Source: Terriglobia bacterium (lineage in GTDB: Bacteria; Acidobacteriota; Polarisedimenticolia; Polarisedimenticolales; JAIQFR01). Taken from it: 64,000 bases of DNA. The notes beneath the pieces were generated by a model. The model saw only the letters and a program-made list of their open reading frames with translations, had not been told where the DNA came from and did not search any database. Made by a program: the position numbers and the translations under genes. The stretch spans positions 1,056,001-1,120,000 of the forward strand of contig CAVVHE010000004.1 in assembly GCA_963748015.1 (NCBI GenBank), read 5' to 3'. Positions 17,702 through 27,314 of the stretch are shown here, in pieces (position 1 is the stretch's first letter; each line of letters starts with the position of its first letter).

Positions 17702-19504
17702 TCAGCGCGCTCCGCCGCAGGCCGCCGCGGCGCTCGCCCGGATGCGCTCGAGCATCGCGCGCTCGGCGGGTTCCTCGAGGGCGACCTCTCCGGCCAGCCG
17801 CAGGGCCTCGCAGGGCCTGCCGAGGCGCAGCTCGCACTCCGCGAGGATCGCCCTCGCCATGCCGAGGCCGGGGTCGAGGGCCGCCGCGCGGCGGGCCGCC
17901 TCCCCCGCCCCCTCGAGCTCCTTCGTGCGGAGCCGGGCCATCGCGAGACCGAGCCACGCCTCGGCCCGCGCCGGAGTCACCGCCACGGCGCTCTCGAACG
18001 CCTCGGCCGCCGCGGGAACGTCCCCGCGCTCCAGGAGCAGGAACCCCAGGTTGCTCCGCAACGCGCCGTCCCGCGGCGAGCGCTCGGCCGAGCGCCGCAG
18101 CGTCTCGATGCGCTCGTCCGGCGAGCCGCCCCCGAGGAGGCTCGCCATCTCGGCGTCCACCAGCGCGGGATCGATGCCGAGCCTCTTCGCGCGCTCGAAG
18201 GCCTCCAGCGCGCGTTCCCGCTGTCCGATACGGGCGAAGACGTGCGCGAGGTTGAGTTGCGCCTTGAGCGACGACGGCTCCTCCGCGGCCTTCGCCGTCC
18301 ACAGAGCGAGTTCGTTCCGCCAGAGCGGAACGCGGTGGAGTAGGAGGCCCGCGTAGTACGCGCCCAGGAGCGCGAGCGCCGCCGCGCCTGCGGCCCTCAG
18401 CCGCCGGTTCTCCCGGGGGAGCAGGAGCGCCGCGAGGAGTAGGACGGCGCCCGCCGACGGGAGGTAGAGGAAACGCTCCGAGAGAGTCGTCTCGATCGGC
18501 CGCAGCTGCGCGACCGGGAGGAGCGATACCAGGCACCATCCCACGAGCGCTCCCTCGACCTTCCGCCCCGCCCTCCACAGCAGGACCGCCGCGGCGAGCG
18601 CGCCGGCTACCGCGAGGACGGCCAGCGCCCCCTTCGCTCCCTCGACCGGGGGCGGCTCGAGGTGGAGCCCCCACGGGGGGACGACGAGCCAAGCGAGATA
18701 GCTGCCGAGCACCACGAACGGACGAAGGAGCGACGGCGCCGTCGAGGCGTCCGCCGCGCCGAGCAGCCGGCCGAGCCCCGCCACGCGCATCGCGGTGTAG
18801 ACCGCCGCCGCGCCCGCGTACGGGACGTATCTCGCCGCGCGCGCGGCGAGGTTGTTCCCGCGGGGCCACCCTTCGCGCGCGCTCTCGAGGAGGAGCACGA
18901 GCAAGGGGATGGTCGCCGCCATCTCCTTCGACAGCAGGGCGAGGAGCCACGCAACGCCCGCCCCCGCCCTGAAGGGCCACGGGCGCGCCGAGCGCGCCCC
19001 CCGGAGGTGCAGGACGATCGCCGCCAGGCCGAACAGCGCCATCAACGGGTCCACTCTCCCGGAGATGAACGCGACCGACTCGGCGTGCGCGGGGTGGAGC
19101 GCGAAGAGGATCGCGCCGGCCGCGGCGGCGCCCACCGCTCCCTCGAACAGGACGAGGCCGAGCGCCAGGACGAGGAGCGACACCCCCGCGTGAACCGTCG
19201 CGTTGGTCAGGTGGAACGGCAGCGCCGCGCCGCCCCCGCGCCGGTAGTCGAGCTCCACCGAAAGGACCGCGACCGGCCGGTAGTAGCCCAGGCCCATGCG
19301 ATCGAAGTCGGAGGCGTAGTAGTCGCGCAGCAGCGCGCGCCTCGCGTCGAACGGCCGCTTCAAACCGTCGTTCTGCACGATGAGCCGGCCGTCGTCGTAG
19401 ACGAACTCGCCGGGCAGGCCGGGCAGGTAGACCGCCACGGCCACCGCGGCGGTCAGGATCGCGGCCGCGAGCTTCGCGCGAGGAACCGACGGGGAGAGGC
19501 TCAC
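17702..19504 (-). CDS. Second TMTC-like (GT-C) membrane protein with TPRs
   Basis: FVYDDGRLIVQN, YYRPV, LFALHPAHAESVAFISGRVD, SKEMA, ERFLYLPS, C-terminal TPRs. Confidence 0.8.
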   Translation of the reverse strand: MSLSPSVPRAKLAAAILTAAVAVAVYLPGLPGEFVYDDGRLIVQNDGLKRPFDARRALLRDYYASDFDRMGLGYYRPVAVLSVELDYRRGGGAALPFHLTNATVHAGVSLLVLALGLVLFEGAVGAAAAGAILFALHPAHAESVAFISGRVDPLMALFGLAAIVLHLRGARSARPWPFRAGAGVAWLLALLSKEMAATIPLLVLLLESAREGWPRGNNLAARAARYVPYAGAAAVYTAMRVAGLGRLLGAADASTAPSLLRPFVVLGSYLAWLVVPPWGLHLEPPPVEGAKGALAVLAVAGALAAAVLLWRAGRKVEGALVGWCLVSLLPVAQLRPIETTLSERFLYLPSAGAVLLLAALLLPRENRRLRAAGAAALALLGAYYAGLLLHRVPLWRNELALWTAKAAEEPSSLKAQLNLAHVFARIGQRERALEAFERAKRLGIDPALVDAEMASLLGGGSPDERIETLRRSAERSPRDGALRSNLGFLLLERGDVPAAAEAFESAVAVTPARAEAWLGLAMARLRTKELEGAGEAARRAAALDPGLGMARAILAECELRLGRPCEALRLAGEVALEEPAERAMLERIRASAAAACGGAR

Positions 19505-20661
19505 GGCTGCGGAGCGCCTCCCTCCCCCAGCCTCTCGAGCACCTTTCGCGCGGCCGCGCTCCCCGGCTCGATCTCGAGCGCCTCGTACGCGGCGGAGCGG
19601 GCGGAACGGCCGTGTCCCAAGCCCAGCTCGGTCTCGGCGATGCCCACGAGGGGATCGGCGAAGCTGCGGTCCATCCGGTGCGCGCGGCGGTAGAGTCGCA
19701 GGGCGGCTTCCGGGCGCCCCTGCGCGCGCTCGAGGTCGGCGCGCACGACGAGGAAGTACGGCGACGCGGTCGCGACGCTCGCGAGGGCGAGCGCGGCCTG
19801 GGCCTCGCGCTCGAGCCCTTGCAGCCGGTAGAGCGCGGCGAGATTGCCGAGGATCCCCGGATCGCGAGGCTCGATCTCGAGCGCTTCCTGGTAGGCCCTC
19901 AGCGCTCCCGCGGTGTCCCCCGCGCGGCGGCGCGCGACGCCGAGGTTACCCCGGGCCGCGAGGAGCTTCGGCGCGAGACGGATCGCCGTCTCGAAACGGC
20001 CGATCGCCACGTCGTACCGCCCCGTCCGGAGGTCCTCGACGCCGAGGTTGCTCAGGTAGAGGCCCCCGAGGTACAGGTCGTCGATCATGTTCGCGCCGAC
20101 CACGCGCCGCTCCCGCGTGCGGTCGAAGTCGAAGACGAGGAGCGAATCGGAGATCCCGTACGTGGCGACCACGTGCGTGTTCACCACGACGAGGTCCCCC
20201 TCGCGCTCGCTCCGTCCCTCGTAGGCGGGAATGGCCGCGCGCGCGTCGAGGCCGAGCGAGCGCGCCATCGCGATGAACAGGCAGGTGAACGAGAGGCAGT
20301 TTCCCCTGCGCTCCGAATAGGCCTCGATCGCCGCGAACGTCCCCCGCGAATCGTACTGGAACGGGAAGCGGGACGCGTCGAAGAGCCCGCCCTGGAGGGC
20401 CTGGAGCCGCTTGCTCACCGAGCCCTGCCCCGCCAGGCGGTCCGCGGCGTCCCGCATCTCCGGCGTGAACGCGATCGGGTTCGGCACCGCCGCGGGATCG
20501 ATGTCCCGTGCCAGGAGTGCTCGGGCCCACGCGTCGGGCGAGGAGCCGGCGAGGTCCGCGGACCCGCCCGACTTCAGCACGCACCCGGCGGGCGCCAGCA
20601 GCCCCGCCAGCGCGATCCCCGCGACGAAACGTCTTGCGGCCACGCGCCCTAGTCTACCCAA
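19501..20661 (-). CDS. Transglutaminase-like domain + TPR lipoprotein (start uncertain)
   Basis: Lipobox-like PAGC; GNCLSFTCLFIAMARSLGL, HVVA and FDFD give a Cys-His-Asp triad pattern; TPRs follow. Confidence 0.75.
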   Translation of the reverse strand: MGRLGRVAARRFVAGIALAGLLAPAGCVLKSGGSADLAGSSPDAWARALLARDIDPAAVPNPIAFTPEMRDAADRLAGQGSVSKRLQALQGGLFDASRFPFQYDSRGTFAAIEAYSERRGNCLSFTCLFIAMARSLGLDARAAIPAYEGRSEREGDLVVVNTHVVATYGISDSLLVFDFDRTRERRVVGANMIDDLYLGGLYLSNLGVEDLRTGRYDVAIGRFETAIRLAPKLLAARGNLGVARRRAGDTAGALRAYQEALEIEPRDPGILGNLAALYRLQGLEREAQAALALASVATASPYFLVVRADLERAQGRPEAALRLYRRAHRMDRSFADPLVGIAETELGLGHGRSARSAAYEALEIEPGSAAARKVLERLGEGGAPQP

Positions 20662-20674
20662 AGCGGACCGGATC

Positions 20675-22564
20675 CTATCGGAGATAACCGAGCGATCTCA
20701 GCCGCTCCACCATCTCGGGATCGTAGTCGCTTCCCGCGGTCCGGGCGTCGAGGGCGCGGCGCCCGAACGTCGCCACGGGGAGCGGGAGGCCGCCGGGAAG
20801 CTCGAGGCAGGCAGCCGGTGGGCGACCTCGCATCTCGAGGCTCCGAGGGAACCCGGCGAGGGCCAGGACCAGCGGCGCCACGTCGAGATCGGTCACGGGG
20901 GACGAGACGCAGCCCGCGCGCGCGGCGCCGCCTTCCACGATCACGAACCCCTCCGCGTCCGGGGCGGCTCCGCGGCCGGGGTCCGCGATCACGACCGCCC
21001 GCGTCCCCGGTCCCCCCGAGAGCGCGGGGCCGAGCAGCCGGTCGAGCCAGCGGACGTAGGCCTCGAGCGACGCCTGCCGCTCCAGCAATGCGACCGCGCC
21101 GCCCGCCGGAGCGTCCTGCTCGATCCTCCTCCTGAGAATGTCGAGACCCGGGAGATAGACGAAGCCCGCGGCGACCGACGGATCCTGCAAGAGGCGGCCC
21201 ATCGCGCGCCAGGCGTAGGCGTCGATCAGGAACGACTCCCATGCGTGCGCCCGCGCCTCGCCCTGCCCCGCCGCGGGGAACGCCGCCTCGAACTCCTCGC
21301 GGATCGCGCGGCGGTCCCCTTCGAATTCGTTCCGGAGGCGGGCGAAGAGCGAAGCCGGGAGCGTGTCGCGGTCCTCCCTCGCCGCCGACAGGAGCTTCGG
21401 CAGCACGCGGTCCGTCACGACGTACCCCTTCGGGCTCGCCCCCTCGCCGCCGACCGCCGGCCACGACGCCCACCAGCCGACCGCCGCGGCCGACTTCTTG
21501 AGGCCCACGATCTCCCACAGCGTCAGCACTCGCCGCCCCGCGCCGCTCGTGGGAACGGTACGCGTCGGCAACAGGAAGCGAAGGGCCGCGGTGAGGAGCG
21601 CCGGGCCGGCCTCGGCCCGGAGCGGGGTGGCCACGCCCGGGAGACGCTCCTCTCCCACGCTGCGCACCCCGTGCTCCGACGCGGGGACCCCGGTCAGGAT
21701 CGTGGTCCACACCTCCGGAGGCGTGGCACCGTTCCGCCGCCGCTTGGGGAACACGGCGCCGCGCGCCATCCCGGCGAGAAGGTGCTCCACCGCGCCGCGA
21801 CTCTCGAGAGCCTCGACCAGCGCCCCGTCCAGGCCGTCGAGGCCCACCACGAGCAAGCGATCCGCGTCCGGCCGGGGCTCGAACGCCGAGGCCGGCCGCG
21901 CCGCGGACGGGTCCGCGGTCAGCCCGCGGACGAGGAGATAGATCACCGCGAGCGGGAGGAGCGCCAGGACGAGCACCCGGGCCGTGCGCCTCCGCCGGTC
22001 GGGGACCTCGCCGGTTCGACCGATGATCCCCGCGAGCGACACCAGGCCGGCGAGCCACGCCACGAGCAGCGTCACCGCGAGGGCCGCCGCGAGGAACGCG
22101 AGATCTTCCGCGAGGCCGGAGCGGACGCTCCTGCTCCCCACGAGCAGGACCAGGTAGGCGAGCGTCCCCAACCCCACGAGCAGGGACGCGGTCAGCGCGT
22201 CGCCCCGCTTGGCGCCGCGGCGCCGCGCCAGCGCCGCCAGGGAAGCGGCGACCGCGAGGTCGAGCGCGAAGAGCGCGGCGCCGGCGAGCAGGCCGAAGTA
22301 GAGCCAGAGCAGGAGGGCATCCGAGGCGCCGAGGAGCGGGCGGTTGGCCGCCACCGCGGCGCCGGCCAGGAACGCCCCCAGCATCGGCGCGCCCAGCACC
22401 GCGGCCTTGAGCGCGGACCGGAGGAGGCGCCAGAGCGGCGAGCCCGTCCCCGGGGTGCCGCCGAGGACGAACCGCTCGATGGGTCCTTGGAGGTAGCCCC
22501 GCTCGACGAGCTTCCGCCGGACCTCGTCGTAGCCCGGGTCGCCCGCCCCGCCCTGCCCCGGCAC
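20675..22564 (-). CDS. Membrane-anchored alkaline phosphatase/phosphodiesterase superfamily protein
   Basis: N-terminal TM bundle; VVGLDGLD, WTTILTG, VGWWASWPA, DVAPLVL, C-terminal ERLRSLGY. Confidence 0.78.
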   Translation of the reverse strand: MPGQGGAGDPGYDEVRRKLVERGYLQGPIERFVLGGTPGTGSPLWRLLRSALKAAVLGAPMLGAFLAGAAVAANRPLLGASDALLLWLYFGLLAGAALFALDLAVAASLAALARRRGAKRGDALTASLLVGLGTLAYLVLLVGSRSVRSGLAEDLAFLAAALAVTLLVAWLAGLVSLAGIIGRTGEVPDRRRRTARVLVLALLPLAVIYLLVRGLTADPSAARPASAFEPRPDADRLLVVGLDGLDGALVEALESRGAVEHLLAGMARGAVFPKRRRNGATPPEVWTTILTGVPASEHGVRSVGEERLPGVATPLRAEAGPALLTAALRFLLPTRTVPTSGAGRRVLTLWEIVGLKKSAAAVGWWASWPAVGGEGASPKGYVVTDRVLPKLLSAAREDRDTLPASLFARLRNEFEGDRRAIREEFEAAFPAAGQGEARAHAWESFLIDAYAWRAMGRLLQDPSVAAGFVYLPGLDILRRRIEQDAPAGGAVALLERQASLEAYVRWLDRLLGPALSGGPGTRAVVIADPGRGAAPDAEGFVIVEGGAARAGCVSSPVTDLDVAPLVLALAGFPRSLEMRGRPPAACLELPGGLPLPVATFGRRALDARTAGSDYDPEMVERLRSLGYLR

Positions 22565-22567
22565 GGC

Positions 22568-23461
22568 TCAGCGATCCCGGCCGCGGACGTATTCCGCGAG
22601 CGCCCGGAGCATTCCCCCGCGGCGTCCGAACGGCTTCAGGGAGGCGACGGAGGCGTCGATCAGCTCGTCCACCAGGCGGCGCGCGCCGTCGATGCCGCAC
22701 AGGTTGACGAACGTCGTCTTGTCCCGATCGCGGCCGGCGTCCTTCCCGGTCGTCTCGGGGTTGCCGCTGTAGTCGAGCAGGTCGTCGGTGATCTGGAACG
22801 AGAGGCCGAGGTTCTTGGCGTAGCGGCCGAGAGCCTCGACGTCCCTGGCGCGTCCTCCGGCGGAGAGCGCCCCGAACTCCGCCGCCACGATGAACAGCGC
22901 CCCGGTCTTGTGGCTGTGGATGAACTCGAGGGCGTCGAGGTCCACCTTCTTTCCGGTCGACTCGAGGTCCACGACCTGGCCGCCGATCAGTCCCCCGCTC
23001 CCGATCGCGCGCGCGAGCCTCCGGGCCGCCTCTCCGCGGACCTTCTCTCCGAGCCCCCCCGCCTCCATCACGAGGGCGAACGCCGCGTTGAGGAGGGCCA
23101 CCGCCGCGAGGATGGCGTTCGCCTCCCCGGAAACCCGGTGCAGCGTCGGCTTTCCGCGGCGCAGCGTCGCGTTGTCCATCGAGGGGAGGTCGTCGAGGAT
23201 CAGGGACGAGGCGTGCACCATCTCGACGGCCGAAGCGAGGGGCAGCGCGTCGTCGGGATCTCCGCCGAGCATCGAGGCCGTTGCCAGGGTGAGGACCCCG
23301 CGAAGCCGCTTCCCCGGAAGGAGCAGCGTGTAACGCATCGCCTCGTGAAGGGCCGGAGGCGGGGTCCCGAGCGACGGCACGACCTGGTCGAGGGCGTCCT
23401 CGACCCGGCTCCTCCCCTCCGCGAGGAAGGTCTCGAGCGTTTCGCGGTCGTTCCTGGCCAT
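22568..23461 (-). CDS. ispA: Polyprenyl (farnesyl/geranylgeranyl) diphosphate synthase
   Basis: GKRLR, LILDDLPSMDNATLRRGKPT, HKTGALF, FQITDDLLD. Confidence 0.9.
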   Translation of the reverse strand: MARNDRETLETFLAEGRSRVEDALDQVVPSLGTPPPALHEAMRYTLLLPGKRLRGVLTLATASMLGGDPDDALPLASAVEMVHASSLILDDLPSMDNATLRRGKPTLHRVSGEANAILAAVALLNAAFALVMEAGGLGEKVRGEAARRLARAIGSGGLIGGQVVDLESTGKKVDLDALEFIHSHKTGALFIVAAEFGALSAGGRARDVEALGRYAKNLGLSFQITDDLLDYSGNPETTGKDAGRDRDKTTFVNLCGIDGARRLVDELIDASVASLKPFGRRGGMLRALAEYVRGRDR

Positions 23462-23486
23462 GGACGAGGAGGTTAACACCGCGCGC

Positions 23487-24401
23487 CTAGCGGCGCGCAA
23501 GCCTCTTTTCGAAGAACTCCGTGATCCGCCGGTTGTACCGGTCGAGCTCCTCGCCGTAGAGGTGGCTCGTGCGCGTTGCGGGCAGGACGATCAGGTTGGC
23601 GTCGGCATCGCGCTGCTCCGGCACCGACGCGTACATCCTCTGCATCTCGGCGGCGAGCGTCGCGTCCCCCGCGGGCGCGACGAAGAGAAGGTCGCGCGAG
23701 GTGAGGAGCGGCACGACCGCGGCGGCTTCCTGCGTCCCGCCCTCCGGCCGCGACATCAGCCGGAACGCGAGGCGAGGGAAGAAGCCGAGGTATCGGACGC
23801 CGAAGCTCCAGCCCGCGTACACCTTCCGGACGAGCGGGTAGCCGGGGCCGGGATAGAGCCCGTCGAGCACCACGACCCGCGCCGCGGGACGTTCCGGCGC
23901 GGCGAGGACCGCGGCATGGGCGCCGAGCCCGACGCCGTAGAGCCCGATGCGGCGAGCGTCCACGTTCTTGAGGGCGGCCACGTAGTCGAGCGCCCCCAGG
24001 ACGTCCCGCTTCTCGTCCACCCCGAGCGTGCTCGCTTCGCCGCCGCTCTCGCCGTGCGCGCGGAAGTCCAGGGCCAGGGCGGTGAAACCCGATTGCTGGA
24101 GAGCGATCGCGAGGTTGACGAGAGAGCCCTTGCCCGCGCCGAGGTCGTGACAGAGGACCACGGGCGCCCCTCCCGGGGCGCCGCGGACCAGCCAGCCGGA
24201 GAGCTCGATTCCGTCCGAGGACCGGAAGTGGACCTCCTCGACGTGCGAGAGGAGCGCGCCGAGGTCGCCGGTTTCGCTCGCCTCGCGAGGGGGATGCGTC
24301 GCCCGGTGCACCTGGATCCCGAGGGCGCCGGCGGCCGTCAGGATCGCGATGATGGCGACCAGGAGGACCGTGCCGGGCAGGGAACGCCAGAAACTCTCCA
24401 T
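23487..24401 (-). CDS. Membrane-anchored alpha/beta hydrolase-fold protein (nucleophile Ser apparently absent)
   Basis: N-terminal TM; DGIELSGW, LDFRAHGESGG, GVDEKRDVLGALDY; nucleophile elbow reads GVGLG. Confidence 0.8.
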   Translation of the reverse strand: MESFWRSLPGTVLLVAIIAILTAAGALGIQVHRATHPPREASETGDLGALLSHVEEVHFRSSDGIELSGWLVRGAPGGAPVVLCHDLGAGKGSLVNLAIALQQSGFTALALDFRAHGESGGEASTLGVDEKRDVLGALDYVAALKNVDARRIGLYGVGLGAHAAVLAAPERPAARVVVLDGLYPGPGYPLVRKVYAGWSFGVRYLGFFPRLAFRLMSRPEGGTQEAAAVVPLLTSRDLLFVAPAGDATLAAEMQRMYASVPEQRDADANLIVLPATRTSHLYGEELDRYNRRITEFFEKRLARR

Positions 24402-24592
24402 CGAGCGTGCTCCCCACACCGCGACGGCGACACCTCGCGGCGGGGATCGAATATAGGTGCCGGGAGGCGCCGGGGACAAGCGGGCGCCCTCGCAGGCCGA
24501 CGAGCGAGCGGAGCCCGAGACCGGAAGCGTCCGCAGACGGCCCTTTTCCGGGCCGGCGAGGAACGCTCCCGGTCTCGGGCACCGCTCGCGGG

Positions 24593-26407
24593 CTAGGTCG
24601 TTCGACGCCGGATTCCGGCCGTTTTGAGGGCCTCCGCGACCTTCTTCCCCGCGATCCCGGCGACCGCGTCGGGACCGGCCGAGAGGACCCCTTCGACGCT
24701 GCCGAACTCCAGGAGCAGCTTCTTCGCGATCGTGGGGCCGATCCCCGGCACGTCGAGGAGCGCCGAGCGGAGGGTCCGCCGGGAGCGCTTCTTGCGGTGG
24801 TGCGTCACCGCGAAGCGGTGGGCGTCGTCGCGGATCCTCTGGACGAGGTGGAGGGCCGGAGACGACCGGTCGAGGCGGACGGGCTCGCCCCGGCCCTCGA
24901 GCCAGATCTCCTCTTCCCGCTTCGCGAGGGCGATCACCGGCAGCATCGGGAGGCCGACCCCGGCCAGCGCCCGCACCGCCGCGCCGAGCTGCCCCTGGCC
25001 CCCGTCGATCAGCACGAGGTCGGGAAGGCGCCGGTCCTCGGCGAGGAGCCGGCGGTACCGGCGAGTGACCGCCTCGGCCATCGAGGCGAAATCGTCGGGC
25101 CCCGTGACCCCGCGGATGTTGAAGGTGCGGTAGTCGGACTTCTTCGGCTTGCCGCCTTCCCAGACGACCATCGAGGCCACCGAGTCGCTCCCCTGGATGT
25201 TCGAGATGTCGAAGCACTCGATCCTGAAGGGGGGCTCGTCGAGGCCGAGCGCCTCCGCGAGCGATTCCATCACTTCGACGCCGTGGACGTGCGGCGCGCG
25301 GAAGCGGCTCTCGAACGCCAGGGCCGCGTTCTTGCGGACGATCTCGAGAAAGCGTTTCTTGACGCCGCGCTCCGGCACGCGCAGCCGCACCCGCCCGCCG
25401 CGCCGCTCGGAGAGCCAGCGCTCCATCAGCGCGGCGTCGGCGGGAGGATCGGGCACGTAGATCTCCGGGGGCGGCGCGGCCTCGGCGTAGTACTGCGCGA
25501 GGACCGTCGCGTAGAACGACTCCGGCTCGAAATCGAGCCCGTCGAAGCCGAACTCCCGTCGCGACTGGACCTTCCCCTCCCGCATCTGGAAAAGCTCGAG
25601 CGCGACCTCGCCTCCCTCGCGGTGGTGGGCGAAGTAATCCTGCTCCTCGAGGCCGACGGACGCGATGTGCTGCCGCACCGAGAGGCGGCGGACCGTCGCC
25701 AGGGTGTCGCGGTGGCGCGCGGCCTTCTCGTACTCCTCGGCCTCCGACGCCTGCCGCATCTTCGACCCGAGCGCCGCCTCGAGATCGCGGTGGCGGCCCT
25801 CGAGGAACATCCGCACGTCGTCCACCGCCCGGCGGTACTCGTCCGGAGACGTCTTGCCCGCGCACGGCGCCAAGCACTGGTCGAGGTGGTAGTAGAGGCA
25901 AGGTCGCCGCTTCCCGTCGAAGATCTCGGCGCACGTCGCCACGCGGAAATCGCGCTGGACCAGCTTCAACGAGCGCCGCGCGCCGGAGGCGGGAATGAAC
26001 GGCCCCGCGTAGAGGCTCCCGTCGAGCCGGGGCCGGCGCACGAGCGAGACGCGCGGATACTCGTCGGCGAGCGAGAGCTTGAGGTACGGGAAGCTCTTGT
26101 CGTCGCGCAGGACGACGTTGAACGGCGGCCTCTCGCGCTTGATGAGGTTCGCCTCGAGCAGGATCGCCTCCGTCTCGGTGTCCACCACGATGATCTCGAG
26201 GTCGAGAACCTCCGAGACGAGGCGCTCCACCCTCGGCGGGTGCTGGGCCGAGGGCTGGAAGTACGATCGCACCCGGCTCCTCAGGGACTTCGCCTTCCCG
26301 ACGTAGAGGAGCTCGCCGCGCCCGTTGCGATAGAGATAGACCCCCGGCCGGTCGGGGAGCGCGTCGAGCTTCGCGCGGAGCGCGGGATGGGGGAAGGCCT
26401 CGTCCAA
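24593..26407 (-). CDS. uvrC: Excinuclease ABC subunit C
   Basis: PGVYLY...YVGKAKSLRSRVRSYF, RIECFDISN, PDLVLIDGG, RDDAHRFA, HhH. Confidence 0.97.
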   Translation of the reverse strand: MDEAFPHPALRAKLDALPDRPGVYLYRNGRGELLYVGKAKSLRSRVRSYFQPSAQHPPRVERLVSEVLDLEIIVVDTETEAILLEANLIKRERPPFNVVLRDDKSFPYLKLSLADEYPRVSLVRRPRLDGSLYAGPFIPASGARRSLKLVQRDFRVATCAEIFDGKRRPCLYYHLDQCLAPCAGKTSPDEYRRAVDDVRMFLEGRHRDLEAALGSKMRQASEAEEYEKAARHRDTLATVRRLSVRQHIASVGLEEQDYFAHHREGGEVALELFQMREGKVQSRREFGFDGLDFEPESFYATVLAQYYAEAAPPPEIYVPDPPADAALMERWLSERRGGRVRLRVPERGVKKRFLEIVRKNAALAFESRFRAPHVHGVEVMESLAEALGLDEPPFRIECFDISNIQGSDSVASMVVWEGGKPKKSDYRTFNIRGVTGPDDFASMAEAVTRRYRRLLAEDRRLPDLVLIDGGQGQLGAAVRALAGVGLPMLPVIALAKREEEIWLEGRGEPVRLDRSSPALHLVQRIRDDAHRFAVTHHRKKRSRRTLRSALLDVPGIGPTIAKKLLLEFGSVEGVLSAGPDAVAGIAGKKVAEALKTAGIRRRTT

Positions 26408-26416
26408 AGGCGCTCC

Positions 26417-27253
26417 CTATCGGGCGAACCCCTTCAGCAGATCCACGAACGACGGCTCGAGGGCGAAGGTGAGCACCGCGCTGGGGACCTCCGCGGCGAG
26501 CTTCTCGACCACCGCGGCGACGCGAGGGTCGGCGGCGACGAGCTCGGCGATGAAGGTCAGGTTCGAGAGGAGCCGGGTCTTGATCGCGAGCGCCGGCGCG
26601 GGACGCAGGGACGGGGAGGCGCCCTTCTCCGGAAGGAGAATTCCCGCGAGCGGCCACCGGCCCGGAGGGCACGCGGACGGGTGCGTCGAGCGAAACGGCG
26701 AGCCGAGCAGCTCGGCGCCGCCGCTCGCGCCGTCCACGAGCACCAGATCGTCGCTCACCACCAGGGCGCCGCGCGTCTCCGCGAGCGCCGCGGCGGTGCT
26801 CTTCCCCGCCCCGCTCGCACCGGGCAGCACGAAGCCCCGTCCGTCCAGCACGATCCCGGCCGCGTGGATCACGGCCCCGTTTCTCGATGGCAGGAGAAAC
26901 GCCATCGCCGCGCGGACGAAGTTCTGCAGCGCGTAACGGCGGACGGGTTCCGTCCCCGGCGCGAGGTGCACGGTCGCGTGGCCGGCCAGCTCCACGCGGC
27001 AGGTCCCGCGGGAGGTGCCGTAGGTCGCGCTCGTCCCCTCGAACGACAGGCTCATCCCCTTGGGAGCCTCCGCTCGATCCTCGGCGGCGGGCCGGTCCTC
27101 GAGGACGCGAATCGAGAGGAGGGGCGCGACGATCTCCGAAGCGCGGTATGCCGCCCAGGCATGCGATATTCCCTCGAACTCCTCGCGGGCCGCCACGCCC
27201 TCGAGAACGACGCCGAGCCCCGAGAAGTCGAATTCCACCCGGGGCGAGCTCAT
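26417..27253 (-). CDS. HprK-related P-loop NTPase/kinase-like protein (ScmC-like)
   Basis: VIHAAGI...GASGAGKST...VVSDDLVLV...GSPF. Confidence 0.75.
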   Translation of the reverse strand: MSSPRVEFDFSGLGVVLEGVAAREEFEGISHAWAAYRASEIVAPLLSIRVLEDRPAAEDRAEAPKGMSLSFEGTSATYGTSRGTCRVELAGHATVHLAPGTEPVRRYALQNFVRAAMAFLLPSRNGAVIHAAGIVLDGRGFVLPGASGAGKSTAAALAETRGALVVSDDLVLVDGASGGAELLGSPFRSTHPSACPPGRWPLAGILLPEKGASPSLRPAPALAIKTRLLSNLTFIAELVAADPRVAAVVEKLAAEVPSAVLTFALEPSFVDLLKGFAR

Positions 27254-27314
27254 GCGATTCTCTCCCGGCGAACCCGGGCGCAACGGAGGAGGACTCGCGC
27301 CGGCGTCGGACCGG

